DNA of 64,000 nucleotides from Escherichia coli (GTDB lineage Bacteria; Pseudomonadota; Gammaproteobacteria; Enterobacterales; Enterobacteriaceae): NCBI RefSeq assembly GCF_044324785.1, contig NZ_CP172127.1; one strand, 5' to 3'. Shown piece by piece: positions 1 to 10,975 of this stretch (position 1 is its first letter; each line of letters starts with the position of its first letter). The notes under the pieces were generated by a model. It saw only the letters and a program-made list of their open reading frames with translations, ran no database searches and was not told where the DNA came from. The position numbers and the translations under genes were made by a program.

Positions 1-3000
1 GGATGTAAAAGGTAACCTGTCACGGCATGAACAAAGCATGGTCGTCATTCAGGCTCCGACATTAAGCCAGAAAGATTCTCTGTTATCCGTTAATCCGCTA
101 ACCGTAGCTGCAGATAAAAAATCGACGACCACATTGACCGTTACTGCGCACGATTCCGACGGAACTCCGGTGCCGGGGCTGGCGCTGCAAACCCGCAGTG
201 AAGGCGTTCAGGATATCACCCTGTCTGACTGGACAGATAACGGTGATGGTAGTTACACACAGATGCTGACCGCCGGAACGACATCAGGTTCAGTAACACT
301 GACGCCGCAAATTAACGGTGAGAGTGCGGTAAAAGAATCCATTGTCGTTAATATCGTCCCTGTTGTCTCATCCCGCGACCATTCATCAATAACAATAGAT
401 AACGTATCGTATTATGCCGGAGACGACATCAAGGTTAGGGTGGAACTGAAAGACGACAGCAATCAACCGGTTGCTTATCAAAAAGAAGAATTGGTAAAAG
501 CCGTTACTGTCGAAAACAGCAAACCTGGAGCCACGATTGTCTGGAACGAAGAGCAGCCGGGCGTTTATGCCGCGAATTATCCGGCCCATAAGCAAGGGAC
601 AGCACTAAGGGCACAACTTAGCCTTCACAACTGGAATGCTCCACTGCAATCGCATATTTATAACATTGAGGCAAACCAGAATAAGGCTCGCGTCGCCACA
701 TTATCAGCGACGAATAATGACGTTTACGCCGATAAAAAGACATTTAATACCCTCACTATCAACGTCACTGATGAGAGTGATAATCCCCTGACAAATCATC
801 AGGTCACCTTTAAGAATGAAAAAGGAAGCGCTGAATTTGTCGAACCGCCGCAGCAAAATACGGATGCATACGGTGTTGCTACAATCAATATGGTAAGTCA
901 GGTTGCGGAAGAAAATACGATTAGTGCCACGCTGCCAAATGGTTTCTCACAACGGATAATTGCGAAATTCGTTAGCGATTCGAGTACGCCAAAATTCAAA
1001 CAACTGGTTGCCGATCCAGATACCATTATTGCTGGCAACAGCCAGGGCAGTACTCTGACCGCCACCGTCACAGACTTTCATAACAACCCGTTAAAAGATA
1101 TGAAAGTGAATTTTGTGGCACCTGGTGGCTCGCAACTGGACAACACGACCGCCACAACAGACCAGTCCGGTATTGTGCGGGTGCACCTGACCAGTTCAAA
1201 AGCTGGTAGCTATTCCGTCGATGCCTCGCTTGAGGCGGATAAAAATATTCACCAGTCGGTCACGATCACCGTGGTCCCAAACAGGGAACAATCGGTAATG
1301 ACCTTAAATGCCGGGTCAGGCAGTGCGATCGCTAACAATACAAATACCGTTATCCTGACAGCCAGTGTGAAAGATGTGTATGGACACCCGTTGCCGGATG
1401 AGGATGTGAAATTTACCTTGCCAGCCTCCATGACCGGGAACTTCACGCTAAGTAGTGAAACCGCCCGCACCGATGCAAACGGCGATGCCGTGGTCACATT
1501 GCGAGGCACAAAAGCGGGTGAGTTTACAGTTACGGCGACGCTGACCAGAAATAATACCGTTGCTCATCAGCAAGTCACTTTTATTGGGGATACAAACAGC
1601 GCGCAGCTCCAGCCGCTGACTGCCTCATTAAATACCATTGTTGCGGGTAACAGTACGGGGAGTACCCTGACGGCAACGATCCTGGACGCTTACCAAAATC
1701 CGCTTAAAGACCAGCTGGTCACTTTCCAGAGTAACGATGTCACTCTAAGCGGAACAGAAGTCACCACCAATACGCTGGGTCAGGCGACGGTAACAATGAC
1801 CAGCAATATTGCCGGACAACATAACGTCGTGGTGAGCCGGAAAACGCAACCCTCCGATAATAAAACGTTTAGTTTATCAGTGCTCCCGGATGAAAGTTCG
1901 GCGAAGGTTATAAGTATAACCGGAGCCGAAAAAACGATAACGGTTGGCGAAAACATCACGCTACGGATACTCGTCCAGGACGCGTTTAACAATGTAATCG
2001 CGGGTCAACGCGTCAGATTAAGTGCGCAGCCAACAGCTCACATTACGATAGGCGATACGGCTTACACCGATAATAACGGTTACGCGTACGTTAATCTTAT
2101 TAGCACCCAGCCAGGGGTTTATCAGGTGACGGCAACGCTGGACAATAACAGTAGTAGTAAGGTTGACGTGAATGTGGCAAATGGCAAGCTCGAGTTAACA
2201 TCATCGAAGCCAGAAACCACGGTCCATAACAGTGAAGGTATTACGCTGACCGCAACGGCGAGAAATGCTCGGGATGAATTAATGCCTGGACAAATTATCA
2301 CCTTTAGCGTAACGCCTGAAGGTGCAACGCTAAGCAATACAGGGGAAGTCCTTACTGACCAGTATGGTCAGGCCAAAGTGACGCTGACCAGTGACAAAGT
2401 GAATGTCTATACCGTTACGGCCACAATGGGCAAAGATGTTCCCGTTCAGAGCCAGGTAACGGTTGCGGTTAAGGCAGATGCTAAAACGGCACATGTTGTG
2501 AGCGTTGTTGCTTCTCCTGACATCATCACCGCCGACGGCGTTGATAGCAGCACCATCACTTCACGAGTAGAAGATGATTACGGATTTCCGGTTGAAGGTG
2601 TCGATGTTAGTTATGCCTTAGACACCAAAGGCAGCCCGGTAGTTAATATTCCAACTACGCGTACCGATCAATCCGGGCAAGTCACGGCGACAATAACCAG
2701 TACATTGGCAGAAACTTTAACAGTCAATGTGCAAGTTCCTGGTACAGCCAACCAATCCGCAACCATTACATTGGTTGCCGACACGGCCGATGAAAGTAAG
2801 TCAATTTTGAAATCCGACGTTGACACTCTGAAGGCTGACTACCAGCAGAGCGCAAAACTTACGCTAACATTGCAAGACAAGTACGGTAACCCGATAGTGA
2901 CGTCTGATCATCTGGAATTTGTCCAGTCAGGCCCCTTCGTGAACTTTCTCAAGTTGAGCGATATTGATTACAGCCAAAGAAATTATGGCGAGTACACCGT

Positions 3001-3703
3001 TACTGTCACTGGCGGAAAAGAGGGAACAGCGACCCTCATTCCCATGCTGAACGGGGTTCATCAGGCAAAATTAAGCGTATCGCTGAATCTCATCCACTCG
3101 ATAAAAGAAATGTCCGGTCATGTCACTGCAAACAACCATACCTTCTCCACGGCTAAATTCCCGAGCGAAGGTTTTGCAGGAGCGTATTACACACTCAACA
3201 ATGATAACTTTGAAGCGGGTAAAACCGTTGATGATTATATGTTTTCAAGTTCACAGAGTTGGGTGTCTGTCGATGCGTCAGGTAAAGTTTCTTTCTCAAA
3301 TATCGGCGATCAAACGTCAGTCACAATAAGTGCTGTTCCCCGACAAGGAGGTACAACCTACCAGACCTTAATTAAGCTGAAAGGCTGGTGGGTGAATAAT
3401 GGAAATCATACCAATATCTGGCTAGCTGCCAATGCGCTCTGTCATGCTAAAAATGATGGATATACTCTTCCTGGCATCACACATTTGACGTCTGGCGAAA
3501 ACAAACGCACGCAGGGATCGCTATATGGTGAATGGGGGAACGTTGGAGCGTTTTCCAGTAATTCGCCATTTACACCGGGTGCTTACTGGACAAATGAATC
3601 TGATGATTACAATAGGCACTACTATGTGCAGATGCTAACGGGTATGACCGGAAGCGACGCTGATTCCAGCCCCCAACTGACCGCCTGCCGTAAATCACTT
3701 TAA
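1..3703 (+). CDS. Invasin/intimin-family (inverse autotransporter type) adhesin, C-terminal passenger portion; 5' end lies upstream of the window
   Basis: Reading frame is open from the window edge (track ORF 38..3703 is only the first in-frame ATG). More than 10 tandem ~100-aa Ig-like repeats with a recurring TLTATV..D..GNP pattern, ending in a Cys-containing C-type-lectin-like tip domain as in invasin/intimin. Stop TAA 3701-3703 followed by a hairpin. Confidence 0.8.
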   Translation, partial: DVKGNLSRHEQSMVVIQAPTLSQKDSLLSVNPLTVAADKKSTTTLTVTAHDSDGTPVPGLALQTRSEGVQDITLSDWTDNGDGSYTQMLTAGTTSGSVTLTPQINGESAVKESIVVNIVPVVSSRDHSSITIDNVSYYAGDDIKVRVELKDDSNQPVAYQKEELVKAVTVENSKPGATIVWNEEQPGVYAANYPAHKQGTALRAQLSLHNWNAPLQSHIYNIEANQNKARVATLSATNNDVYADKKTFNTLTINVTDESDNPLTNHQVTFKNEKGSAEFVEPPQQNTDAYGVATINMVSQVAEENTISATLPNGFSQRIIAKFVSDSSTPKFKQLVADPDTIIAGNSQGSTLTATVTDFHNNPLKDMKVNFVAPGGSQLDNTTATTDQSGIVRVHLTSSKAGSYSVDASLEADKNIHQSVTITVVPNREQSVMTLNAGSGSAIANNTNTVILTASVKDVYGHPLPDEDVKFTLPASMTGNFTLSSETARTDANGDAVVTLRGTKAGEFTVTATLTRNNTVAHQQVTFIGDTNSAQLQPLTASLNTIVAGNSTGSTLTATILDAYQNPLKDQLVTFQSNDVTLSGTEVTTNTLGQATVTMTSNIAGQHNVVVSRKTQPSDNKTFSLSVLPDESSAKVISITGAEKTITVGENITLRILVQDAFNNVIAGQRVRLSAQPTAHITIGDTAYTDNNGYAYVNLISTQPGVYQVTATLDNNSSSKVDVNVANGKLELTSSKPETTVHNSEGITLTATARNARDELMPGQIITFSVTPEGATLSNTGEVLTDQYGQAKVTLTSDKVNVYTVTATMGKDVPVQSQVTVAVKADAKTAHVVSVVASPDIITADGVDSSTITSRVEDDYGFPVEGVDVSYALDTKGSPVVNIPTTRTDQSGQVTATITSTLAETLTVNVQVPGTANQSATITLVADTADESKSILKSDVDTLKADYQQSAKLTLTLQDKYGNPIVTSDHLEFVQSGPFVNFLKLSDIDYSQRNYGEYTVTVTGGKEGTATLIPMLNGVHQAKLSVSLNLIHSIKEMSGHVTANNHTFSTAKFPSEGFAGAYYTLNNDNFEAGKTVDDYMFSSSQSWVSVDASGKVSFSNIGDQTSVTISAVPRQGGTTYQTLIKLKGWWVNNGNHTNIWLAANALCHAKNDGYTLPGITHLTSGENKRTQGSLYGEWGNVGAFSSNSPFTPGAYWTNESDDYNRHYYVQMLTGMTGSDADSSPQLTACRKSL

Positions 3704-3718
3704 TTTCAGCAGGTAATT

Positions 3719-3746
3719 AAGGATACCCTTTTGCGAGGGTATCCTT
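3719..3746. terminator. Hairpin between the convergent adhesin gene and kptA (candidate bidirectional terminator)
   Basis: Perfect 10-bp inverted repeat aaggataccc / gggtatcctt with 8-nt loop, 16 bp after the adhesin stop; T-tract is weak. Confidence 0.5.
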
Positions 3747-3771
3747 TCCGACTGATAACAAACGCTACATT

Positions 3772-3796
3772 GCCTGATCCGCTGCGCTTATCAGGC
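3772..3796. repeat. REP-like palindromic element
   Basis: gcctgatccgctgcgcttatcaggc resembles the enterobacterial REP consensus (gcctgatgcg...cttatcaggc). Confidence 0.45.
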
Positions 3797-3823
3797 TTAT
3801 ATAACCCCTGCAATATATTGAAT

Positions 3824-4408
3824 TTATTGTTTTTGTCGCCCAGCCGGCATGAACGACCACTCAAGAAACTCAACAGCAACCGTTGATGTCAGCCAGACTC
3901 CGTTTTCCGCTTGCCAGAAAGGGATGCCTCGTTTCGCCATTTCCTGTGCTTTTACGGTTAAGATAACCGGCGATCCGTGTCTTGCTCCCACTTTGCGTGC
4001 CGTTGCTTCATCAGCAGAGAGATGCACGTAATGACGCTCCCCTGCAATCAGCCCCTGTTTTTTTATCTCGTCAAGGAAACGGCTTGCCGTACCGTGATAG
4101 AGAAACTGTGGCGGTGTTTTTTCGGCAAAGGAAATGGCGACCTGCGAAGTCGAATGCCCCTGAACCGCGCGAATGCACCTACCATCACTGGAATAACTAA
4201 AACGCTTTTTATCGCTGGTGGCGACAACGGTATCCAGCAATGCACGGGTTAACCGCTTGCCCGATTTTTGGGCACAAAGTATGAGCTTATCGATATCCGT
4301 CCATCCTTCACGGTCCAGTACGATACCAATCGCCTCCGGTTTGTGTCGGAGGACAAAACTTAAAAACTTGCTCGTATCCGCCAGCTCTTTTTCGTTGTAC
4401 TTTGCCAT
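3824..4408 (-). CDS. kptA: RNA 2'-phosphotransferase (Tpt1/KptA family)
   Basis: Translation from internal ATG at 4408 ([29 protein letters not shown]...) matches KptA; track ORF 3824..4510 is an upstream extension. Conserved position next to yjiH. Confidence 0.9.
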   Translation of the reverse strand: MAKYNEKELADTSKFLSFVLRHKPEAIGIVLDREGWTDIDKLILCAQKSGKRLTRALLDTVVATSDKKRFSYSSDGRCIRAVQGHSTSQVAISFAEKTPPQFLYHGTASRFLDEIKKQGLIAGERHYVHLSADEATARKVGARHGSPVILTVKAQEMAKRGIPFWQAENGVWLTSTVAVEFLEWSFMPAGRQKQ

Positions 4409-4645
4409 CTCGTTTTCGTCCCTGGATTTTCTGTTTTTATTTACTGATGTCATTGTCACTGGGTTTATGAATTTACTGCAACTCAATCCTGCGCAGAACC
4501 TTTTCCACACAGCGTAATTTTTCCGCTATGCAAAAAACGCATAGCCAGAAACATACTTGCATTTTCCCCATACCCACATGGCTGATAAGGTTTTTCGGCT
4601 CCAGGAATTTTCCTGGCTCAAGCAACACACAAACACAAAAAAACA

Positions 4646-5341
4646 ATGGGGATTGTTATGACACAACAAGGGGATGCTGTAGCCGGGGAGCTGGCGACAG
4701 AAAAAGTGGGCATTAAAGGGTATCTTGCTTTTTTTCTCACCATAATCTTTTTTTCCGGTGTTTTTTCCGGGACAGACAGTTGGTGGCGCGTTTTTGATTT
4801 TTCCGTGCTGAACGGATCGTTTGGGCAACTGCCTGGTGCGAACGGAGCCACCACCTCGTTTCGCGGCGCGGGTGGCGCGGGGGCTAAAGATGGCTTTCTC
4901 TTTGCGCTGGAGCTGGCACCGTCAGTCATTCTCTCTCTGGGGATTATTTCAATTACCGATGGTCTTGGCGGATTACGCGCCGCGCAGCAGTTAATGACGC
5001 CAGTGCTAAAACCGTTGTTGGGCATTCCAGGGATCTGCTCGCTGGCGCTGATCGCTAACCTGCAAAACACCGATGCCGCCGCCGGTATGACCAAAGAGCT
5101 GGCGCAGGAAGGTGAAATTACCGAACGCGATAAAGTGATTTTCGCCGCATATCAAACCAGCGGTAGCGCCATCATCACCAACTACTTCTCTTCCGGCGTC
5201 GCGGTGTTTGCCTTTCTGGGCACGTCCGTAATCGTACCTTTAGCCGTCATCCTGGTGTTTAAATTTGTCGGAGCCAACATTTTGCGCGTCTGGCTTAACT
5301 TCGAAGAACGTCGCAACCCAACGCAAGGAGCGCAAGCATGA
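4646..5341 (+). CDS. yjiH: Inner membrane protein YjiH
   Basis: 231-aa hydrophobic ORF directly upstream of, and overlapping by 4 bp, yjiG-iadA, as in the K-12 yjiHG-iadA operon. Confidence 0.85.
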   Translation: MGIVMTQQGDAVAGELATEKVGIKGYLAFFLTIIFFSGVFSGTDSWWRVFDFSVLNGSFGQLPGANGATTSFRGAGGAGAKDGFLFALELAPSVILSLGIISITDGLGGLRAAQQLMTPVLKPLLGIPGICSLALIANLQNTDAAAGMTKELAQEGEITERDKVIFAAYQTSGSAIITNYFSSGVAVFAFLGTSVIVPLAVILVFKFVGANILRVWLNFEERRNPTQGAQA

Positions 5342-5799
5342 CAACTCAGGTCCGCAAAAACGTCATGGATATGTTTATCGATGGCGCGCGCCGTGGCTTT
5401 ACTATCGCCACCACCAACCTGCTGCCAAACGTGGTGATGGCATTTGTCATCATTCAGGCGCTGAAAATTACCGGCCTGCTCGACTGGGTTGGGCATATCT
5501 GTGAACCCGTAATGGCGCTGTGGGGATTGCCAGGTGAAGCGGCAACCGTCCTTTTAGCCGCATTAATGAGTATGGGTGGCGCAGTCGGTGTTGCCGCCAG
5601 TCTGGCAACCGCTGGCGCATTAACCGGTCACGATGTCACCGTTTTACTGCCCGCGATGTATTTAATGGGCAACCCGGTGCAAAATGTCGGTCGCTGCCTG
5701 GGGACAGCCGAAGTGAATGCCAAATATTACCCGCATATCATTACGGTCTGCGTGATTAACGCATTGCTGTCGATCTGGGTTATGCAGCTTATTGTTTAA
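5338..5799 (+). CDS. yjiG: Inner membrane protein YjiG
   Basis: 153-aa membrane ORF, same length and position as K-12 yjiG; start overlaps the yjiH stop. Confidence 0.85.
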   Translation: MTTQVRKNVMDMFIDGARRGFTIATTNLLPNVVMAFVIIQALKITGLLDWVGHICEPVMALWGLPGEAATVLLAALMSMGGAVGVAASLATAGALTGHDVTVLLPAMYLMGNPVQNVGRCLGTAEVNAKYYPHIITVCVINALLSIWVMQLIV

Positions 5800-5811
5800 C
5801 AAGGAGTTACC

Positions 5812-6984
5812 ATGATTGATTATACCGCAGCCGGTTTTACCCTGCTGCAGGGAGCGCATTTGTATGCGCCGGAAGATCGGGGAGTTTGCGATGTCCTCGT
5901 CGCTAACGGCAAAATTATCGCCGTTGCCAGTAATATCCCTTCTGACATTGTACCGGACTGCACGGTTGTCGATCTCAGCGGGCAGATCCTCTGCCCAGGT
6001 TTTATTGATCAACACGTTCATTTGATTGGCGGTGGCGGTGAAGCAGGTCCCACGACGCGCACGCCGGAAGTGGCGTTAAGTCGTCTGACGGAAGCGGGCG
6101 TCACGTCAGTGGTTGGTCTGCTCGGCACTGACTCTATCTCTCGTCACCCGGAATCCCTGCTCGCCAAGACCCGTGCGCTCAATGAAGAAGGCATCAGCGC
6201 CTGGATGCTGACCGGCGCTTATCATGTCCCTTCCCGCACTATTACGGGTTCCGTGGAAAAAGACGTGGCGATTATCGATCGCGTGATTGGTGTGAAATGC
6301 GCCATCTCTGATCACCGTTCTGCCGCACCTGACGTTTATCACCTGGCTAATATGGCGGCGGAATCCCGCGTTGGCGGTTTGCTTGGCGGTAAACCTGGCG
6401 TCACCGTGTTCCACATGGGCGACAGTAAGAAGGCGTTACAGCCTGTCTATGACCTGCTGGAAAACTGCGATGTGCCGATCAGCAAGCTGCTGCCGACCCA
6501 CGTTAACCGCAACGTACCGTTGTTTGAGCAGGCGCTGGAGTTCGCGCGCAAAGGCGGCACCATCGATATCACCAGCAGCATTGACGAACCGGTCGCCCCT
6601 GCCGAAGGTATTGCCCGCGCCGTTCAGGCGGGTATTCCGCTGGCACGCGTCACCCTCAGCTCCGACGGCAACGGTAGCCAGCCGTTCTTCGATGACGAAG
6701 GGAATTTAACCCATATCGGTGTTGCCGGTTTTGAAACGTTGCTGGAAACCGTGCAGGTGCTGGTCAAAGACTATGATTTCAGTATCAGCGATGCCCTGCG
6801 CCCGCTCACCAGTAGCGTAGCCGGTTTCCTTAACCTGAGCGGGAAAGGCGAAATTCTGCCAGGCAATGACGCAGACTTACTGGTCATGACGCCAGAATTG
6901 CGCATTGAGCAGGTATACGCTCGCGGCAAACTGATGGTCAAAGACGGCAAAGCCTGCGTGAAAGGAACGTTTGAAACGGCATAA
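5812..6984 (+). CDS. iadA: Isoaspartyl dipeptidase
   Basis: 390 aa, amidohydrolase-type metal-binding motifs (HVHLIGGGGEAG), same length as K-12 IadA, conserved synteny. Confidence 0.93.
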   Translation: MIDYTAAGFTLLQGAHLYAPEDRGVCDVLVANGKIIAVASNIPSDIVPDCTVVDLSGQILCPGFIDQHVHLIGGGGEAGPTTRTPEVALSRLTEAGVTSVVGLLGTDSISRHPESLLAKTRALNEEGISAWMLTGAYHVPSRTITGSVEKDVAIIDRVIGVKCAISDHRSAAPDVYHLANMAAESRVGGLLGGKPGVTVFHMGDSKKALQPVYDLLENCDVPISKLLPTHVNRNVPLFEQALEFARKGGTIDITSSIDEPVAPAEGIARAVQAGIPLARVTLSSDGNGSQPFFDDEGNLTHIGVAGFETLLETVQVLVKDYDFSISDALRPLTSSVAGFLNLSGKGEILPGNDADLLVMTPELRIEQVYARGKLMVKDGKACVKGTFETA

Positions 6985-7048
6985 ACGGTTGTCAGCCGCC
7001 CGAATGGACGTAGAATGCCCGCAAGGGCGGCTGACAGAGTAAAACGTA

Positions 7049-7960
7049 ATGGATGACTGTGGTGCGGTTTTGCATAATATTGAAACAAAATGGCTTTATG
7101 ATTTTCTGACCCTGGAAAAATGCCGCAACTTTTCCCAAGCGGCAGTCAGTCGCAACGTCTCGCAACCGGCATTCAGCCGCCGCATCCGTGCACTGGAACA
7201 GGCGATTGGCGTTGAATTGTTTAACCGCCAGGTGACGCCGCTGCAACTCTCGGAACAAGGGAAAATCTTTCATTCGCAGATCCGCCATCTGTTGCAACAG
7301 TTAGAAAGCAACCTGGCAGAGCTGCGTGGCGGCAGCGATTACGCGCAACGTAAAATCAAGATTGCCGCTGCACACTCTCTTTCCCTCGGTCTGTTACCGT
7401 CCATTATCAGCCAGATGCCGCCGCTCTTTACCTGGGCGATTGAAGCCATTGATGTCGATGAAGCGGTCGATAAACTGCGTGAAGGGCAAAGTGACTGTAT
7501 TTTTTCCTTTCACGACGAAGATTTGCTGGAAGCACCGTTTGACCACATTCGCTTATTTGAATCTCAATTGTTCCCCGTCTGCGCCAGTGACGAACACGGA
7601 GAAGCGCTGTTTAACCTCGCGCAGCCACACTTTCCGTTACTGAATTACAGCCGCAACTCCTACATGGGGCGATTGATTAATCGCACCCTGACGCGCCACA
7701 GTGAGTTGAGTTTCAGCACCTTTTTTGTCTCTTCGATGAGCGAGCTTTTAAAGCAGGTTGCCCTCGACGGCTGTGGGATTGCCTGGCTGCCGGAGTACGC
7801 CATCCAACAAGAAATTCGCAGCGGGCAGCTCGTTGTACTGAATCGGGAAGAACTGGTGATCCCGATTCAGGCCTACGCATACCGGATGAATACCCGCATG
7901 AATCCAGTTGCCGAACGCTTTTGGCGTGAACTGCGCGAGCTGGAGATTGTGCTTAGCTGA
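7049..7960 (+). CDS. hypT: LysR-family transcriptional regulator HypT (YjiE)
   Basis: 303 aa with N-terminal LysR HTH ([31 protein letters not shown]); position and length match K-12 yjiE. Confidence 0.9.
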   Translation: MDDCGAVLHNIETKWLYDFLTLEKCRNFSQAAVSRNVSQPAFSRRIRALEQAIGVELFNRQVTPLQLSEQGKIFHSQIRHLLQQLESNLAELRGGSDYAQRKIKIAAAHSLSLGLLPSIISQMPPLFTWAIEAIDVDEAVDKLREGQSDCIFSFHDEDLLEAPFDHIRLFESQLFPVCASDEHGEALFNLAQPHFPLLNYSRNSYMGRLINRTLTRHSELSFSTFFVSSMSELLKQVALDGCGIAWLPEYAIQQEIRSGQLVVLNREELVIPIQAYAYRMNTRMNPVAERFWRELRELEIVLS

Positions 7961-8345
7961 CATTCTCCAGCGTCGCACTACGCCAACCGCCATTATCCCA
8001 GACCAGATCAAACGTTAGCGGTTCATCGTCGTGGTACAGCATTATCTCAAGGCTGATCGCCAGTGTGTGGCTGTACGCTTCTTTCAAATTGACCTGCAAC
8101 GCCGCAATCCGTGGCTCATGAAATAACAGTGCAGAACGCAGCTGACGGCAATACCAGCTCTGAAGATGTTTGTCGCTCTGGTTATGCACTTGCCACTCGG
8201 GCATGCCTGAAACAAGTAATGACGGTAATGCCGAATGAGGAGAATTAAAAAGAGTGAGGAGATCGCTGCATACCGATTTACGCAGCAATGACGTTTTATT
8301 GCCTGAAATTTCAGGTAAAACAGCCTGAAGTGATTGGCGCATCAT
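7953..8345 (-). CDS. iraD: Anti-adaptor protein IraD (YjiD)
   Basis: 130-aa product from ATG at 8345 ([17 protein letters not shown]...); 3' end overlaps hypT convergently, as in K-12. Confidence 0.85.
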   Translation of the reverse strand: MMRQSLQAVLPEISGNKTSLLRKSVCSDLLTLFNSPHSALPSLLVSGMPEWQVHNQSDKHLQSWYCRQLRSALLFHEPRIAALQVNLKEAYSHTLAISLEIMLYHDDEPLTFDLVWDNGGWRSATLENVS

Positions 8346-9016
8346 TTTGCGCACTCCTGACGTTTAGCAACATATGCGGCTTGCCCTGAACACCGGGCAC
8401 CACTGTATTGATGCTCATTTTCCATAGCCATTCCCTTTTGTTCATTACATCCATGTCAGTCTGAGACAGGCCTGAATCCTGTCAGCAAAGTATAAAACCT
8501 TACTTGCCTATGAATATCTACTGACTTTTCAGGAAAAAAGTCATGATTTGATAAAAATCATCAAACTCAAAAAAAAACCGCTAGTATATTCTGAATATTC
8601 CGAATAGTTACGTAGATGAAAATACTTGTCACCGCCGCTACTTAATTCCGGTGGGAAATTATTTATTTCCGCATAATCAGCCATGTATTATTTGAAACAA
8701 TTAGTTTGTAAATAATATAAATTGATAACATATCAAATACATCAAAAATACCATTCACAGGCATTATTAATATAGACATCAATATAGCAACATCAAATTC
8801 CAATTAGTAATAAGATATGCTTTTAAATTGCATGCAAATAATTTTAAATGAGCGTTTTTTGATACTTTAGAGTGTTTCCCACCATTTAATATCACCATGT
8901 AGAGTTGATATCACTACAACAGAAACATGCATGTCATTTTTTTACTTCTTTTTTACTACAGAAAAATTTATCTATTTTTCTAAACATCAGTAAAATACTC
9001 ATAAAAGGTAACTATT

Positions 9017-9847
9017 ATGTCTATGCCATTAAGCAATGCCCTTCAGAGTCAAATTATTATAGATGATCACTTCCTTCATCATCCAAAAGTCGACAGTGAG
9101 TTAATACGTAAATATGAACGTGCACGCCTGGATACGGAAAATATCTATCTTCTGCCTCTTGTTCGTGGCAATAACCATAATTACGATGGAAAAAGCGTTG
9201 TCGAAATTAGAAAACTTGATATTAGTAAAGAGTACTGGCCATTTAATTATGTGACAGAAACATGCAGAGAATCCGATGGTATTACAACAACAGGACGTAT
9301 GCTCTATCGAAACTTGAAAATCACCTCAGCTTTAGACGATATATATGGTGGTATATGTAAAAAGGCGCATGCTGCCACAGAGTTAGCAGAAGGATTACGG
9401 CTAAATTTATTTATGAAGAGCCCTTCCTATCCTGTTGAGGACTATACAGTTCATGAAATAACATTAGGCCCTGGTTGCAATGTTCCAGGTTACGCCGGAA
9501 CCACGATAGGATATATTTCAACTCTTCCAACTTCTCAGGCAAAAAGATGGACCAATGAGCAGCCAAAGATTGATATCTATATTGATCAGATAATGACGGT
9601 AACAGGGGTAGCAAATTCTTCCGGATTCGCCCTTGCCGCATTACTTAATGCTAATATTGGAATGGGAAATGACCCAATAATTGGTATAGAAGCCTATCCC
9701 GGTACCGCGGAGATCCATGCAAAAATGGGGTATAAAGTTATCCCCGGTGATGAAAATGCGCCACTCAAACGTATGACTTTGCAACCGTCATCTCTTCCAG
9801 AGCTGTTTGAATTAAAAAATGGTGAATGGAATTATATTGGTAAATAA
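9017..9847 (+). CDS. yjiC: Uncharacterised protein YjiC
   Basis: 276-aa ORF in an AT-rich segment with RBS aaaagg upstream; same size and position as K-12 yjiC. Confidence 0.8.
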   Translation: MSMPLSNALQSQIIIDDHFLHHPKVDSELIRKYERARLDTENIYLLPLVRGNNHNYDGKSVVEIRKLDISKEYWPFNYVTETCRESDGITTTGRMLYRNLKITSALDDIYGGICKKAHAATELAEGLRLNLFMKSPSYPVEDYTVHEITLGPGCNVPGYAGTTIGYISTLPTSQAKRWTNEQPKIDIYIDQIMTVTGVANSSGFALAALLNANIGMGNDPIIGIEAYPGTAEIHAKMGYKVIPGDENAPLKRMTLQPSSLPELFELKNGEWNYIGK

Positions 9848-9987
9848 CCACTGAGAAGAATGAGTACTCACGTTCAGGTTATACAGATAGTTAAACAATA
9901 CCCTGCAATTTAGAAAGTAATACTCATTGCGACTTCTTAATTTAAGAAAGCGCAAGGAATGTTTACCCTTGCGCTTATCATAATAAG

Positions 9988-10761
9988 TCAGGCGTCGACT
10001 TTATCCAGCGGCCATGAATCAAACAGATAGCCGTCAAAATAAATATCGTCAACGTTCGAGAATTCCAGCAGACGTTGCTTAACGTTTTCCAGATGCTGCC
10101 ACATTGCCAGCTTCGCCGCTCGGGCATCTTTTTTGATTAACGCGGCGAGGATCTGTTTGTGATCGCCCAACCACTCTTTGCGATACAGGCTGTCATCCAG
10201 ATGGCTGTGCAACTGGATCCACATTGGATTGTTTTCCCGCCACTGCCAGGACTGACGGAATAGCTCCACCAGCATGCTGTTATGCGTCGCTTCGGCAATG
10301 GCGAGATGGAACTGCATGTCACCACTTTCGCTGCTGCCCGGCGCGCTGGAAGCAAGCTCACGCTCTTCCAGTTGCAATGCCTGACGCATTTTGACGATAT
10401 CTTCGCGGGTAGCCTGCAGGGCGGCAAATTCCGCGATGTTACTTTCCAGTAACTGACGCGCCTGTAACAGCTCAAAAGGACCGGCATCATTGCAGACGTT
10501 GGCATCCGGACTGTCTGTGTTGTGGCTGCCTGAGCTATCAAGAACATAAATACCGGCACCCCGGCGCACTTCCACCAGCCCTTTGATCTCCAGCATGATC
10601 AGCGCTTCACGTACCACCGTCCGCGTGACATCAAGCATTTCTGCAATTTCACGCTCCGGCGGCAGCCGTTCGCCAGGATTGTACGGTGTCTTTATGATCA
10701 GATCGCGGATCATCGCCCCGACTTCCTGGTAAGGTCTTTGCGCAGAGGTGGCAGATTTCAT
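9988..10761 (-). CDS. uxuR: GntR/FadR-family repressor of hexuronate utilisation
   Basis: 257 aa, N-terminal GntR HTH (ERLPPEREIAEMLDVTRTVVREALIMLEIKGLVEVRRGAG), directly downstream of uxuAB. Confidence 0.95.
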   Translation of the reverse strand: MKSATSAQRPYQEVGAMIRDLIIKTPYNPGERLPPEREIAEMLDVTRTVVREALIMLEIKGLVEVRRGAGIYVLDSSGSHNTDSPDANVCNDAGPFELLQARQLLESNIAEFAALQATREDIVKMRQALQLEERELASSAPGSSESGDMQFHLAIAEATHNSMLVELFRQSWQWRENNPMWIQLHSHLDDSLYRKEWLGDHKQILAALIKKDARAAKLAMWQHLENVKQRLLEFSNVDDIYFDGYLFDSWPLDKVDA

Positions 10762-10798
10762 GGTGTTGTGTCCGTTAGGTGCGGTTAATCAAATTTTT

Positions 10799-10832
10799 GC
10801 CGGATGCGGCGTGAACGCCTTATACGGCCTAC
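10799..10832. repeat. REP element
   Basis: gccggatgcggcgtgaacgccttatacggcctac fits the REP consensus; lies between uxuR and uxuB. Confidence 0.7.
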
Positions 10833-10975
10833 AACGGGCAATTTTACGGCACCCGTTAATCTCAAACTATACCATTAGCACTGGAAGTTGGCACGTACAG
10901 GTGGGCAAAAAAACGAAAACTGGTCAACCAAATATGCGTTTGATTGACCAGTAAGTCTGTAGGGTAATCAGTTAG

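Noticed and set aside
3824-4510. Track N-terminal extensions (kptA 228 aa, uxuA 406 aa, fimI 223 aa, fimA 201 aa, nanM 404 aa, fimH/fimG/fimF, WYL regulator)
   Set aside because: Internal ATG starts reproduce the known protein N-termini and signal peptides; several track starts are TTG or GTG codons without an RBS.
4618-5094. 158-aa minus-strand ORF, and other 60-120-aa ORFs overlapping yjiH, gntP, fimD and the hsd genes
   Set aside because: Embedded in or antisense to higher-confidence genes; no RBS and no recognisable motif.
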